Assembly (NCBI GenBank): GCA_964276515.1 | Contig: OZ193909.1 | Span: 16,182,001 to 16,246,000 of the forward strand | DNA from: Gordius albopunctatus | Lineage: Eukaryota | Direction of reading: 5' to 3' | Length of the DNA: 64,000 nt | In this document: one piece after another, positions 1 to 10,384 of the stretch | Layout of the letters: each line of letters opens with the position of its first letter | How positions within the stretch are numbered: the stretch's first letter is position 1 | Program-made: the position numbers and the translations under genes | The notes under the pieces: model-generated | What the model saw: only the letters and a program-made list of their open reading frames with translations | Told to the model about the DNA's origin: nothing | The model's database searches: none

Positions 1-130
1 TCCACTTTTGTAATAGTTTTTTTAGTATTTTTTAAGCGGTTTACAACCTTTGCTATTGTAAATAGTTAGTAAAATATGTAAAATCACAAAGAAACTCACA
101 TACTTTGAGGTTCATAGGACATATGCTTAC

Positions 131-3100
131 TTGAACTTGTGCTTCCACTTTGCCCTTGTTTATGCAAAAGGATTATAGTTCTTATATCCTGCTCCCATAC
201 CAATTTCCACAAGTCTACTCTCGTATCTGCAATGGGCCATTGAGTCACGATATAATTATCCTTCTGTCCGTAACCATTGACGAACGTCGCGTTTATGTAA
301 TCAGTGGCACCTCGGTATCCCCCCACGGTCTTCAAAATCGGTCTTCTATTATCCTTAGGAACCACTTTTAAATCTCTGTTCTTACAAGAATTTTCTTTGG
401 ATCTACCTAAACCAAATAATAACCAATAAATTCAAATATAAAATCACAAAAAGTTTACAAGTTTACAGAGTAATATTTGTTTTAGTGCATATCCTGATTG
501 TGTGTGCAAAATAAAGTATGCTAATTTTGACATAGAAACTAATAATACAAAATAAGCTAAAGAAAAGCTTATTGATACATTGAAATTTGATAAGCTTAGA
601 CAGCCATTTTGGGAAAGTTTTTTCAATATGCACAAAAGTCAAGGAAGAGAGAGAAAAACATAACATTAATAATATTATCTTTTTTCCACGCGTAAGTTTC
701 CCATAAAATTTATTTATATTTACTAGTTTCCCAGAATAAGTCCTTATGACTTAAACATGGTGGCCGACACCCCTACTGCTTAATTTTTATCAGCTGGTCA
801 TCAGACTATTGTATTATTGTTGATATCTTATAGTGAGCATGTCAGAATTTAACCGGGATTAATGAGACGGTAGGGATCGAGGGTTGAGGGTGGTGCCATA
901 GTGCCTAGCACGCGCCATTGTTCTTCTAGATAGGTTTTGGAAGTTTTGGGATCGACCGAACAAATAGAGGTAAAATAATCGTGGGCAGTTTCGATTGAGA
1001 TGAAGGTTCCGCCCGAAATGAGGGCTTCCAAGACGGATTCGTATAAAAATTCGTACTGTTCCGCCGATTGTACCATATTGCATCTTTGTTCACGAATTTT
1101 TTTTACATATCCAAAAATATCAACGGCGTTTTCGGCTTTAGCCATGTCGATCATTGAATCGAGCCCTATGAAAGTTCCAGTCCTTCCCACACCGGCGCTA
1201 CAATGAATTATGGGAGGACCGGTGGCTTTAGAGTCATAAGCTTTGACGAAGTAATAAAACGAAAGGAATTCGTTCGTCCTGATAGGCACCTATGACAAAT
1301 TTCCACACTTTACCAGAAATCTTATACAGCCCTCATCACCTTTAAAACATAGATAAAACTTCAACAAAATTAAGATACCGTATTACTATCATTGTAACAC
1401 AACACACACACCCCATTCCGCATAGGATACGATATACGTAATATCGTAATTTTTTTACAACCTAGATGGGGCTAAAACAATAATCCCAATAATTCTTTTA
1501 ATTTAGCTACCCATCGATTATATTATGAAATTAAATTTACATCAATAAGAAAAAATCTCCTCTTCATTTTAAATTTAATTATTCAAAAATAATTAATTTA
1601 TGCCTTAAAAAACAAATATATTAATATCTAAAAAATAATATGCTCTTATTTTACCTCTATACTACAAAACATTATCCCCAGGTCAACCTAACCCCTAAGG
1701 TTTGGTTTCCAACCTTAACCCAAACCTAAGGTTTGGATTGTAAAAACCTAGGTTTTGATCATCACTAATTGTAACAAACGGTATTTAAATATGAGATGAA
1801 ATATCTACTTTGCCTGAAAAGATTTTTAAGGTCAGTCCATGAGCGTAGCCAGGGGGGGGGGGCAGGAAGGGGCAACTGCCCCCCCTACATACAAAAATCT
1901 GTTAAACTTTATTAAAACATAAAATGATTATTTTGGCCCTTCCTAAATCATTATTGCCCCATCCTCTAATTTCAAAGCTGGTTACGCCCACGTAAGGCCC
2001 TCATAAACTTTAAAAAAATTTATCAAACTTTAACAAAATTAAAATACCGTCTTATTTACATGTAATCGTTGAATAATTTATTACAATCATTGTAATGACT
2101 GTTATTTAAAAATGAGATGAAATATCTACTTCGCCACAAAAATTTTTTCAAAGGTCTGCCTATTCACAATTTATATAATCTAAATGAATTTGTTTTATAT
2201 ATTTAATCACAGATTAGAAGTCATGCAAATATACCCCGTGATCTGGCCACGCTAGGAACCAATACAATCTTAGAATTCTTTTCTCCAGCGATTCAATCTC
2301 GTGCCTTATTTCGAAATCTAATATTACGTAATCGGCGGTCTTGTCACATTTCAAGGCTCTAACCGTCACGTTGCCATACTTTTGTTCTGATGCGGGCCAA
2401 TATTTATCACATTTCTCAATCCTATTTTCGATGATCCGCGTCAGCATTATAATAACAGGACTATTCTCTCTCCAAACCATCTCCCAGAACTCTCCCAAAA
2501 ACTCCTTCAACGGGCCCTGTTTGTGATGATGGCAAATCACTTATTTTAAATTTCTGTGATTAAACAAATCATGGGATTTAGTTTACACCTTAAAAATCCA
2601 CACGTCTGACAGGAGCATTTAAATATTGTCTACTTGGGCGTAGCCAGGTTTTGGATTTGGAAGGGGAGGGGGGCAAAACATTTAAAAGTTTAATTGGGGA
2701 GGGACAAAACATAATTTTTTTTAATTTTTAAGGGTTTTTTCATTGAATTTTTTTTCGTCATTTGGGGGGGGGGGCCTGGCTACGCCCATGATTGTCTAGT
2801 CTACCAAAACTTTTCAGTCAATTTATAATAATAACTCAACGACAAAATGTGTACGTGTAGTAATAATACCTTTGCTTAAAAGCTCTAAAGACTAGTCTAG
2901 CTAGTCATTGCATTTCTCTTTCTCATTTAAACCATGAGCGTAGCTAGCATTGGGATTAGAGGGAGGCAATAATGATTTAGGCATGGGCAAAATGATCATT
3001 TTTGACAAAAATTTGCCATAATTTTAATAAATTTCAACAAATTTTTGTATTTAGAGGGGGGCAGCTGCCCCTCACTGCCCCCCCCCCTTGGCTACGCTAC

Positions 3101-4402
3101 GCTCATGATTTAAACAATACCCTTTAGATGTTTTTAGTCGTTTGCCTATAAAACCTGCGTGGCTATGAAAGCTGCCGGTTTATTGTAGCCATCGATGTAA
3201 TTCGCGTTGATATAACCGTCGGGATTAATAGCGGTCTGTGCTAACTTGACTCGAGTATGGTCATAGGGTAAAACGTTACTGTACCTAAATGAGATAAAAC
3301 CAAGGTTAAACTTTGATCGTCACCCATGGGCGCAGTCGGGGGGGGGGCAGGGAGGGTCGGCTGCCCCCCTCTAAATTAAAAAAATTTGTTAAAATTTATC
3401 AAATTATGGCTAAAATTTCAAAAAATAATCATTTTGCCCGTCCCTAAATCATTATTGCCCCCCCCCCCTTTAAATGCTGGCTACGCCCATGAAAACACCA
3501 ATAATAGTTTTTACAATTTGATGTTTAATATTACAATCGACAACATCTAATTTTGGCGAGTTTTGCTTCCTTGATTTATTTTTTACCCCCTGTTAACTCT
3601 GTGTCATTTTATTTTTATAACTTCTCATCCCTTTGTTAACTATAATTTTAATATTAACTTCTTTAAAAAATAGTGTCAACAAATTATTGACTCTCAAAAG
3701 GAACCTGTTGCGGGACGCGTTAATGCTTTTCGACCCAATTTCGCAAGGTTTAACGTGACCGATAGGTAGGAGAGAATGTTCGGCACGGAAAGCATCTATT
3801 TCGTCTTTAAAGAACTTAACATGACCCATTAATCTGTTAATGGGGATCGGATGGGGTGGCTCAAATTGAGAATCCAGATCTGGATTTAAGTAATGATCGA
3901 TAAAGTAATCTTTGTAAGCCAATCCCGCCGTTATATCATCCCCATCGCCAGGCATAAGGGGTGGTAGGAATAGAGATCCGAAACCTCCTATGCCTTTAGA
4001 ACCTCGCGATAAAGCATTAGAAGAGTCCTGAGGCCCTGCGCTTGCCGATCTATACAAGCTTTTAGCGTAGTTGGTTAAAAACTTCGTGTAAGGGTCATCC
4101 TTGTTTGAAAGGTCGGTATGGTCGAACGCTGTAAGATCTTCACGAGCCTTGCTGTGTGACCGTATGAGTTTTGTTGTCATCTCAGAGTCGTCCCATATTG
4201 AATGAGATGTCTTTTTCCTCAGCAGTATTTGGCTAGAACTCTCATCAATTTCCTCGTTCAAGACTGCCCTTTTCTGATTCAGGCGATTGTACCTTATCAA
4301 TAATATCCAAACTACGATAAAAAAGAGCGTCAAAACGCCACAAAGAGCTACGATGGCGTTGAAATAATTATGCGACTTCTCAGACTCTTCGATGTAGTCC
4401 AT
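131..4402 (-). CDS. Receptor-type tyrosine-protein phosphatase with tandem D1/D2 domains; 3' end lies beyond the left edge of the window
   Basis: Phase-compatible GT-AG exons: 4402-3705 (TM helix, ends RNR), 3284-3155 ([29 protein letters not shown]), 2516-2235 (GP..FWEMVW..KCDKYWP..WPDHG), 1289-854 ([20 protein letters not shown]), 406 to ~131 (D2: [19 protein letters not shown]). The last donor is uncertain. Confidence 0.93.
1399..1767. mobile_element. Decayed hAT-like non-autonomous element (right end ...ggttttgatcatcacta)
   Basis: Flanked by the 8-bp direct repeat attgtaac (1391-1398, 1768-1775). The same terminal sequence with aacct/aggtt subterminal repeats recurs at ~32290-32470. Confidence 0.55.
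1838..1992. mobile_element. catgggcgtagcc-family MITE
   Basis: TIRs catgagcgtagcc / ggttacgcccacg, G and C runs, shared family interior. TSD not clear. Confidence 0.75.
2633..2790. mobile_element. catgggcgtagcc-family hAT MITE
   Basis: TIRs cttgggcgtagccagg / cctggctacgcccatg; 8-bp TSD attgtcta. Confidence 0.9.
2933..3107. mobile_element. catgggcgtagcc-family hAT MITE
   Basis: TIRs catgagcgtagc / gctacgctcatg; 8-bp TSD atttaaac. Confidence 0.9.
3325..3491. mobile_element. catgggcgtagcc-family MITE
   Basis: catgggcgcagtc ... ggctacgcccatg with the family interior (aatcattattgcccc). Confidence 0.8.
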
Positions 4403-4517
4403 TTATTTAAAAGCAATCAATATGCGTTAAAAATATATAGAAAATAGTGTTCTAAAGTCACTTTTTGTGCAAATACGTTCACATCTACTATTATTTGGAA
4501 ATATTATATGTAAAAAC

Positions 4518-5361
4518 TAGAGACCTGCGAGGCTCAGCCCATGAAAGGGCCTAAAAGCCCGGCTTTGATGGGTTTTCGCCTTAAAAATAGAACAAAGAGC
4601 CGGGCCTGGACGGGCTCTTATTTAATCCAGCGGTTTTCAAACATGTTACCATACCATTTAAATTTTTATTTGTATATTTAAACAAAGGTGTGTTTGTTAA
4701 TGCTTTATTAATTTATAACTCTTTTTAATGTTTATTAAATTAACAAATTAAATTACAGCCTTCTCTTCAACCATTCAAGTCTCTCACGGTGCATTTAAAG
4801 TTAATTAGACTTTATATAAATCTTCAAAAATCGAGCAATATTTACGCGTTAATTCATATTTCAATGAGCTTTATTACAAGTCTTGTTATAAAATATAAAA
4901 ACTTAATTTTAAACGCTATCTTTTAACAATTTCCTTTATAAAATCTCACTGAGATTTTCATATCACATTATTCTAAAATATATAAAATGATAAACAAACA
5001 AAGCTAAATTTATTTAGAATATTTTAACCTAAAGTTTCCAAAGCTATCTTATTTGGCATATGGGACTATGTTTTCTTGTTACAAAGGCCACAAATGATAA
5101 AAATGTTTCAACTGCAGGTCGCCTCTTATAAAAAATAACTCTTCATAATTTTTTTACAATTAATATTAACATTTTTAATTGTTTGAAAATTTCAGTAAAA
5201 TAAGGTACATTGTAGGAAAGCATAATTAAATTTTTTTATACGAGCATCGGCCGGGTTCGGGCTTTGTATGAATTTAGCGAGCAGGGCCTGGGCCTATCAT
5301 TTAATATTCTGACGGCGGGCGGGGGACCGAATGACCTAAAAAGGCCCATTGCAGGTCTCTA
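4518..5361. mobile_element. Non-autonomous hAT-like element (tagagacctgc TIR, gggcc/cccg subterminal repeats)
   Basis: Perfect 11-bp TIRs tagagacctgc / gcaggtctcta; degenerate 8-bp TSD gtaaaaac / gtacaaat. Related ends at 7442, ~12985-13280, ~15536 and 28863. Confidence 0.8.
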
Positions 5362-5410
5362 GTACAAATTATAAAAAATTATACGAATTACCTACATTTT
5401 CACCTATATA

Positions 5411-5564
5411 CATGGGAGTAGCCAGGGGGTGGCGGGGTTGGGGCGGCTGGCCCGGATTCTTTAGAATTTAATATAGTTATGGTTCCAATTACTAAAAATT
5501 AGCATTTTGCCCCTCCCCAAATCATTATTGCCACCCTCTAAATCCAATCCTGTCTAAGACCATG
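5411..5564. mobile_element. catgggcgtagcc-family hAT MITE
   Basis: Degenerate TIRs; 8-bp TSD cctatata. Confidence 0.85.
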
Positions 5565-5768
5565 CCTATATATATATATCATAACAACTGGAACTTAATA
5601 AATAAAGCTATGATAAATATTTAAGATCCTTTAAAGAAAAAGAGAATAAAAATAAGTCCAATTTATTTTTCAGCTTTATATTTGATTTTGAATATATGGC
5701 GGCAAAAATAATGACCACCCACCAAGCTAATATCTTTGAGCGCCAAATTAACTAAATATTTTTGTATA

Positions 5769-5939
5769 CATGGGCGTAGCCAGGGTTGGATTTAGGAGGG
5801 AGGGGGGCAATAATGATTTGGGGAGGGGCAAAATGATAATTTTTAGTAATTTTAGTCATATTCATATTAAAATTTGAAAAATTTTTGGATTTAGGGGGGC
5901 AGCCGCCCCTCCCCCTGCCAACCCCTGTCTACGTTCATG
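5769..5939. mobile_element. catgggcgtagcc-family hAT MITE
   Basis: TIRs; 8-bp TSD tttgtata. Confidence 0.9.
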
Positions 5940-6542
5940 TTTGTATAACTAGGTAAAAATGATATTTATTTATTTAAAGTTTCGAAAAACTAGGCAAAAT
6001 CTATAAGCTTTTACATTTTGGGTGCATATTTGCATATAACACTATCACTATGTTATCACTCACATGTTTTTGCCAATTTAAATAACGTTTTTTACCTGGA
6101 ATCTCATTTAAAATAGTCAGCAACGGTAGTTTGCAATTATAATTTTTTTATCTTTCTTCATTATATTTATATTTTAATTGATTTTTAGAACAAATTTTTA
6201 ATAAGTTACGGCTATTCAATATATATTATAGCTATCAAGCAACATAAAATTGAGTAATAATCAATTTTAACTATTCCAAAGTAAAGGTAAGCACTTATAA
6301 TTTTATGCAATATAAGAATATATTTGGGCAAAAACTATACAGCCACCTCGTTGATTGCATTTAAAAGGCTTAAGTAGCTCTTTCCATAAATTAGTATTAA
6401 AGGCACAAATTACGAGCATAAATTACATAACACAATATACATTGTTATTATAGTGGGTAATATCAATTTTACGATTGTATTAGAGCCCAAGAACCACTTT
6501 GAAGACAAAAACGGTGCTGAAATAAAATCATAAAAGTCAACA

Positions 6543-7067
6543 TTATATTTTCCTAAAGTTGGGTACGGGTAAATTTAACATGAGATAGGTGTATGCTTCG
6601 TAAAGGTCGCAACACAGGCTTAGCAAGGTACATCTCGAGACGTGGGGACATAATTTGGCGAATTCGAGAGTTTCTCGTACAGCCCGAACGGCAGATTGAT
6701 TGGGAAAATTTCGGCTTATGGCCCCCATAACTCTAGGGTCAATAGACATGGGACTTTGAGTCACCATACTCGCTGACAATGGATTTGCGACATTATCAAA
6801 CTTACTGCTGTAATTGGGGGTAAATGGTGGTGGAAATTTAATGGGAATCATGGGCGGGGGTCCAGGTCCGGGTAGGTTGGGTCGGAATCTAGGGGGGGAT
6901 TGAATGTAATTGAATGTATTTTGAGCTGTCTTAGGATCTTGACCCCTTTTAAGGATTGGTATAAAATTTGAAAAGGTATCTTGCCCAGTATCTACCATGT
7001 TCCCTGTGAATGCCAAGCTAGATGGACCTCCGCTAAATGGATTTTTAATCGGGTTGTTAAAATTCAT
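6543..7067 (-). CDS. Uncharacterised intronless 174-aa protein with a Pro/Asn-rich N-terminus and a helical Cys-containing C-terminus
   Basis: ATG-to-TAA ORF in a GC-enriched island with codon usage like the neighbouring exons. No TE hallmarks. Family not recognised. Confidence 0.6.
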   Translation of the reverse strand: MNFNNPIKNPFSGGPSSLAFTGNMVDTGQDTFSNFIPILKRGQDPKTAQNTFNYIQSPPRFRPNLPGPGPPPMIPIKFPPPFTPNYSSKFDNVANPLSASMVTQSPMSIDPRVMGAISRNFPNQSAVRAVRETLEFAKLCPHVSRCTLLSLCCDLYEAYTYLMLNLPVPNFRKI

Positions 7068-7326
7068 TGATTTAGTCTTTTGAGGTGCGAATATGTGATG
7101 TGATCTGGCATTATTTAATCATGAATATGATTCGGTAAACATTAAAGTTCAAACATCATCAAATACGATTTTAAATAACGTAATAAATCTAAGACATTAT
7201 GAAAAATGACGTTTATATCATTTGACATCACAAGTTATTATAAAATTCTTTATTTCTAAAAAATGCCATTTTAAATTTGTTTAGTGAGAAATATATAATG
7301 GATGATCCAACTATGATAATTTGTTC

Positions 7327-8035
7327 CATGGGCGTAGCCAGGGGGGGGGGGCAGCCCCCTTTAAACCTAAAAAAATTGTTGAAATTTATTAAAATTATGG
7401 GTGCATTTTTAAAAAATGAGCATTATGCCCCTCCATATATCTAGAGCCCTGCAAAATAAAATTTCTTCGGCCCGAACCCGACTTCTACATATTTATTTTG
7501 CCCGAGGACGGTCCAAGCCCGAAAGACTTTTTTTGGCCGATCCGAGCCTCACCCGATTTTTCAAATAAAACTTTTTAAATTTTTACCATCTAAACATAAA
7601 ATGCATAAGATTGTTATTACTCGTAATTTACTAGTATAAGTTTGAAATAAAAAATCCATTTTCACTCGTTATAATTTATTTAGAAAATAATTTCTAATTT
7701 TAAAATATAATTTAATATTTCCATCATATAAGAGCTTTTTTTAAATGTTTACCTATTTTATTTCTAGTTCTAACAGGTACTATTATGAATATGCTTAAAT
7801 ACTAGAATAAGATTTGCAATTAAGTCAGTTATATTATAATAGACAGGGGAAAAAGCTGAATTTTGGAAGCGAAGATAATTATTTAATATGGAGTTGAGTT
7901 TTTTTTAAATCCTGTTTTAAAAATATATCAGTTTGCTTTAGTTAAATTCGGGCCGGGCTCGGGCCTCGGGTGGGGCAGCCTCATCAGGCCCGACCCGGCC
8001 CCGAGGCCCGGTTATTTTATAAAATTCTGCCCGAT
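7327..8035. mobile_element. Truncated catggg MITE followed by a tagagccctgc-type hAT-like element
   Basis: catgggcgtagccag at 7327; tagagccctgc at 7442; cccga/tcggg subterminal repeats out to ~8035. Confidence 0.65.
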
Positions 8036-9309
8036 GTTTTTTTAATAAGTAAATTCTTCACAGTAAATCTGGTATAAATTGTTTTGAGGTAGGATAACAT
8101 GGTACAGACCATCATAATTTATATATTAACTTCCTCTATTTATTAGACATCTTTTTTTATAAGATTAAATTATTTTTGTTGATTGAAAGACACAAAAATT
8201 AGAAAATTAATTTAATTTAAATAGTTTATGTTGAAATTCCATAAAAACTAAATATAAAAAGGTAAATTATTTCAAGTCACTTGAATTTCAAGCTTAAGAG
8301 TTAACAAATTACTTAATGTTCAATAATTGCTTGCTCTAGGAGCAAACGTTACCCTATATAAGGAGTCATTTTAGGAACTGAGGGGATGGGGGGGGGGGGG
8401 GGGGTGGAATAATAGGAGTGCTGCTAGAAGATGACACAATTTTTAAATTTAACCTAAACTCATTAAATTTCCTCTCATCCAACACGAAAATAAATACTAT
8501 TAGTTACTCCGACAGATGAAGTAATTTAGCATGAATGCCTATGATATTGTGTCATCATTTCTCTCATAATCAAGTAAAAAATCAGTCATGCTACTACAAC
8601 CTATACACATCTAATTTCTAATCTCTAAACAGCCATACAACGGTAGAAAAAATATTTCTTTTCGAATAATTGAAATTTCTGCACAAAACTTGGCCTTTTG
8701 AAATACTGAAACTACGAAGTTCATTTTTATCATTGATCTCCAGATTTTATAATGTTTTTAAGCCAAAAAAAATGTTTTCGGTTGTATATTTTTTGTAGCT
8801 AAAATGATATTAGGTCCAGATGGTTTATTTTTTGTGCCTGAACCATCACAGTCGCTATCGCTTCTCGCTTTTTAAATGTTTGGCATTCTACTAACATTTC
8901 GCTGGATTGTCTAAAACAATAACATAAATATTATTTCCACCAAGTCACGTAATTATTTTCTAGTCGACGAAGCTGATTCATTATTAATTAGGTAAGTTTT
9001 GTTAAAAATTGATAAGTTTTGAACAAATTTTGAATATCAATTTAATTTAAAAACTTTGATTAGCTTAATAATAATAGAAATCATTTTTTGCGCATAGCTA
9101 GGCGCTTATCCTATTTTCCGAAATAAAAATTTATCATTGAGGATGCATGATTTTTCAAGGGCAAAATGAATAAGGGATAAAATATTCATCCCTTTAAGCG
9201 CTTAAAATAGTTTTGTATAACTTTAAAGGAGAGCTAACAAAATATGTCATCCTCTCTCGTGACAATCTTGCCCATACTATAGCCATTAAAGTCTATGTTT
9301 TACACACAT

Positions 9310-9620
9310 CGACGTATTCAGCTTTGGAATTAGAAGGGGGTAATAATGATTTAGGGAAGGGCAAATTGAACTTTTGAAATTTTAGCCATAATTTTAATAA
9401 ATTTCAACAAATTTTTGGATTTAGAGGGGGGGCAGCCACCCCTTCCTGCCCTTACCCCATTGGCTACACCTATGTTTGGACATAATAAAACCGTCAATAT
9501 TTAGACGAAGTTACATAGTAACTGGTACTATATCCATAAGCGTAGCCAGGATTTGAATTTAAGGGAGAAAACGATTATTTTTGAAATTTTGATCATAATT
9601 TCATTAAAATATTTTCAATT
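9310..9620. mobile_element. Two degenerate catggg-family MITE copies
   Basis: Family interior (aataatgatttaggg..gcagccacccc..tggctacacctatg) and a second left end cataagcgtagccagg at 9535. Confidence 0.65.
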
Positions 9621-10384
9621 TAATGGGGTGGAAGATAGGATTTATTCATTGACTTCCGCTGATTTTGCCCTTACAGCAAATTAGTCGGATCCTTTTATTA
9701 TTTAACTTTAAATATGAGCGATCAATTAAAGGGCCATAGATGATTATTATTTATGTGACACAATTCTTCGAGATAAGTTATAGCCTCGAGTCAGTTTATG
9801 TTTATAACTAATGGTGGGAGATCTTTAGGAGATGATATACTTGCTCAAAAATAGTTACATACGTTGACTGCAGTCTCTCAATTTACGATATAGTATTTTA
9901 CGCTAAGTGTATAATAAGCAGTATTTTATAATAAATGAAATAAAGACACTCTTGCCACTGTTGCCCTGGTACGTGTATATAATACGATGCCTGCTAACAT
10001 TTTTTTGCATTTTTGGAAACGACGCTGCAAAAAAAGCATCCAACCCCAAGGCCTTTTTCCCGAAAAGAAAAGCATACTGTGCCGCGACAAGCTGTGTCAA
10101 GAGAGCAATGTTGTGGACTAATGTCATTGTCTGCTTCTCTCCACTACATTTATAATCGTCCTCGGTTTATGATTCATTTATAAGTGTAAAAGATTTGCTC
10201 CCGGTCGCTCATCATAAAAAATCGTGAAAGAGAACTTGAATTATTGCATCTCAATTTCGAGATTCCCCGCGATACCACTCACTCTAATGTCCCCTTTCAT
10301 TTAGAACGACTCTATTTAAGAATTACTTAATTATTTTATACATAATTTTTTTTCATATTTTCGTGCTACCCAAGGTGGTCTCAA

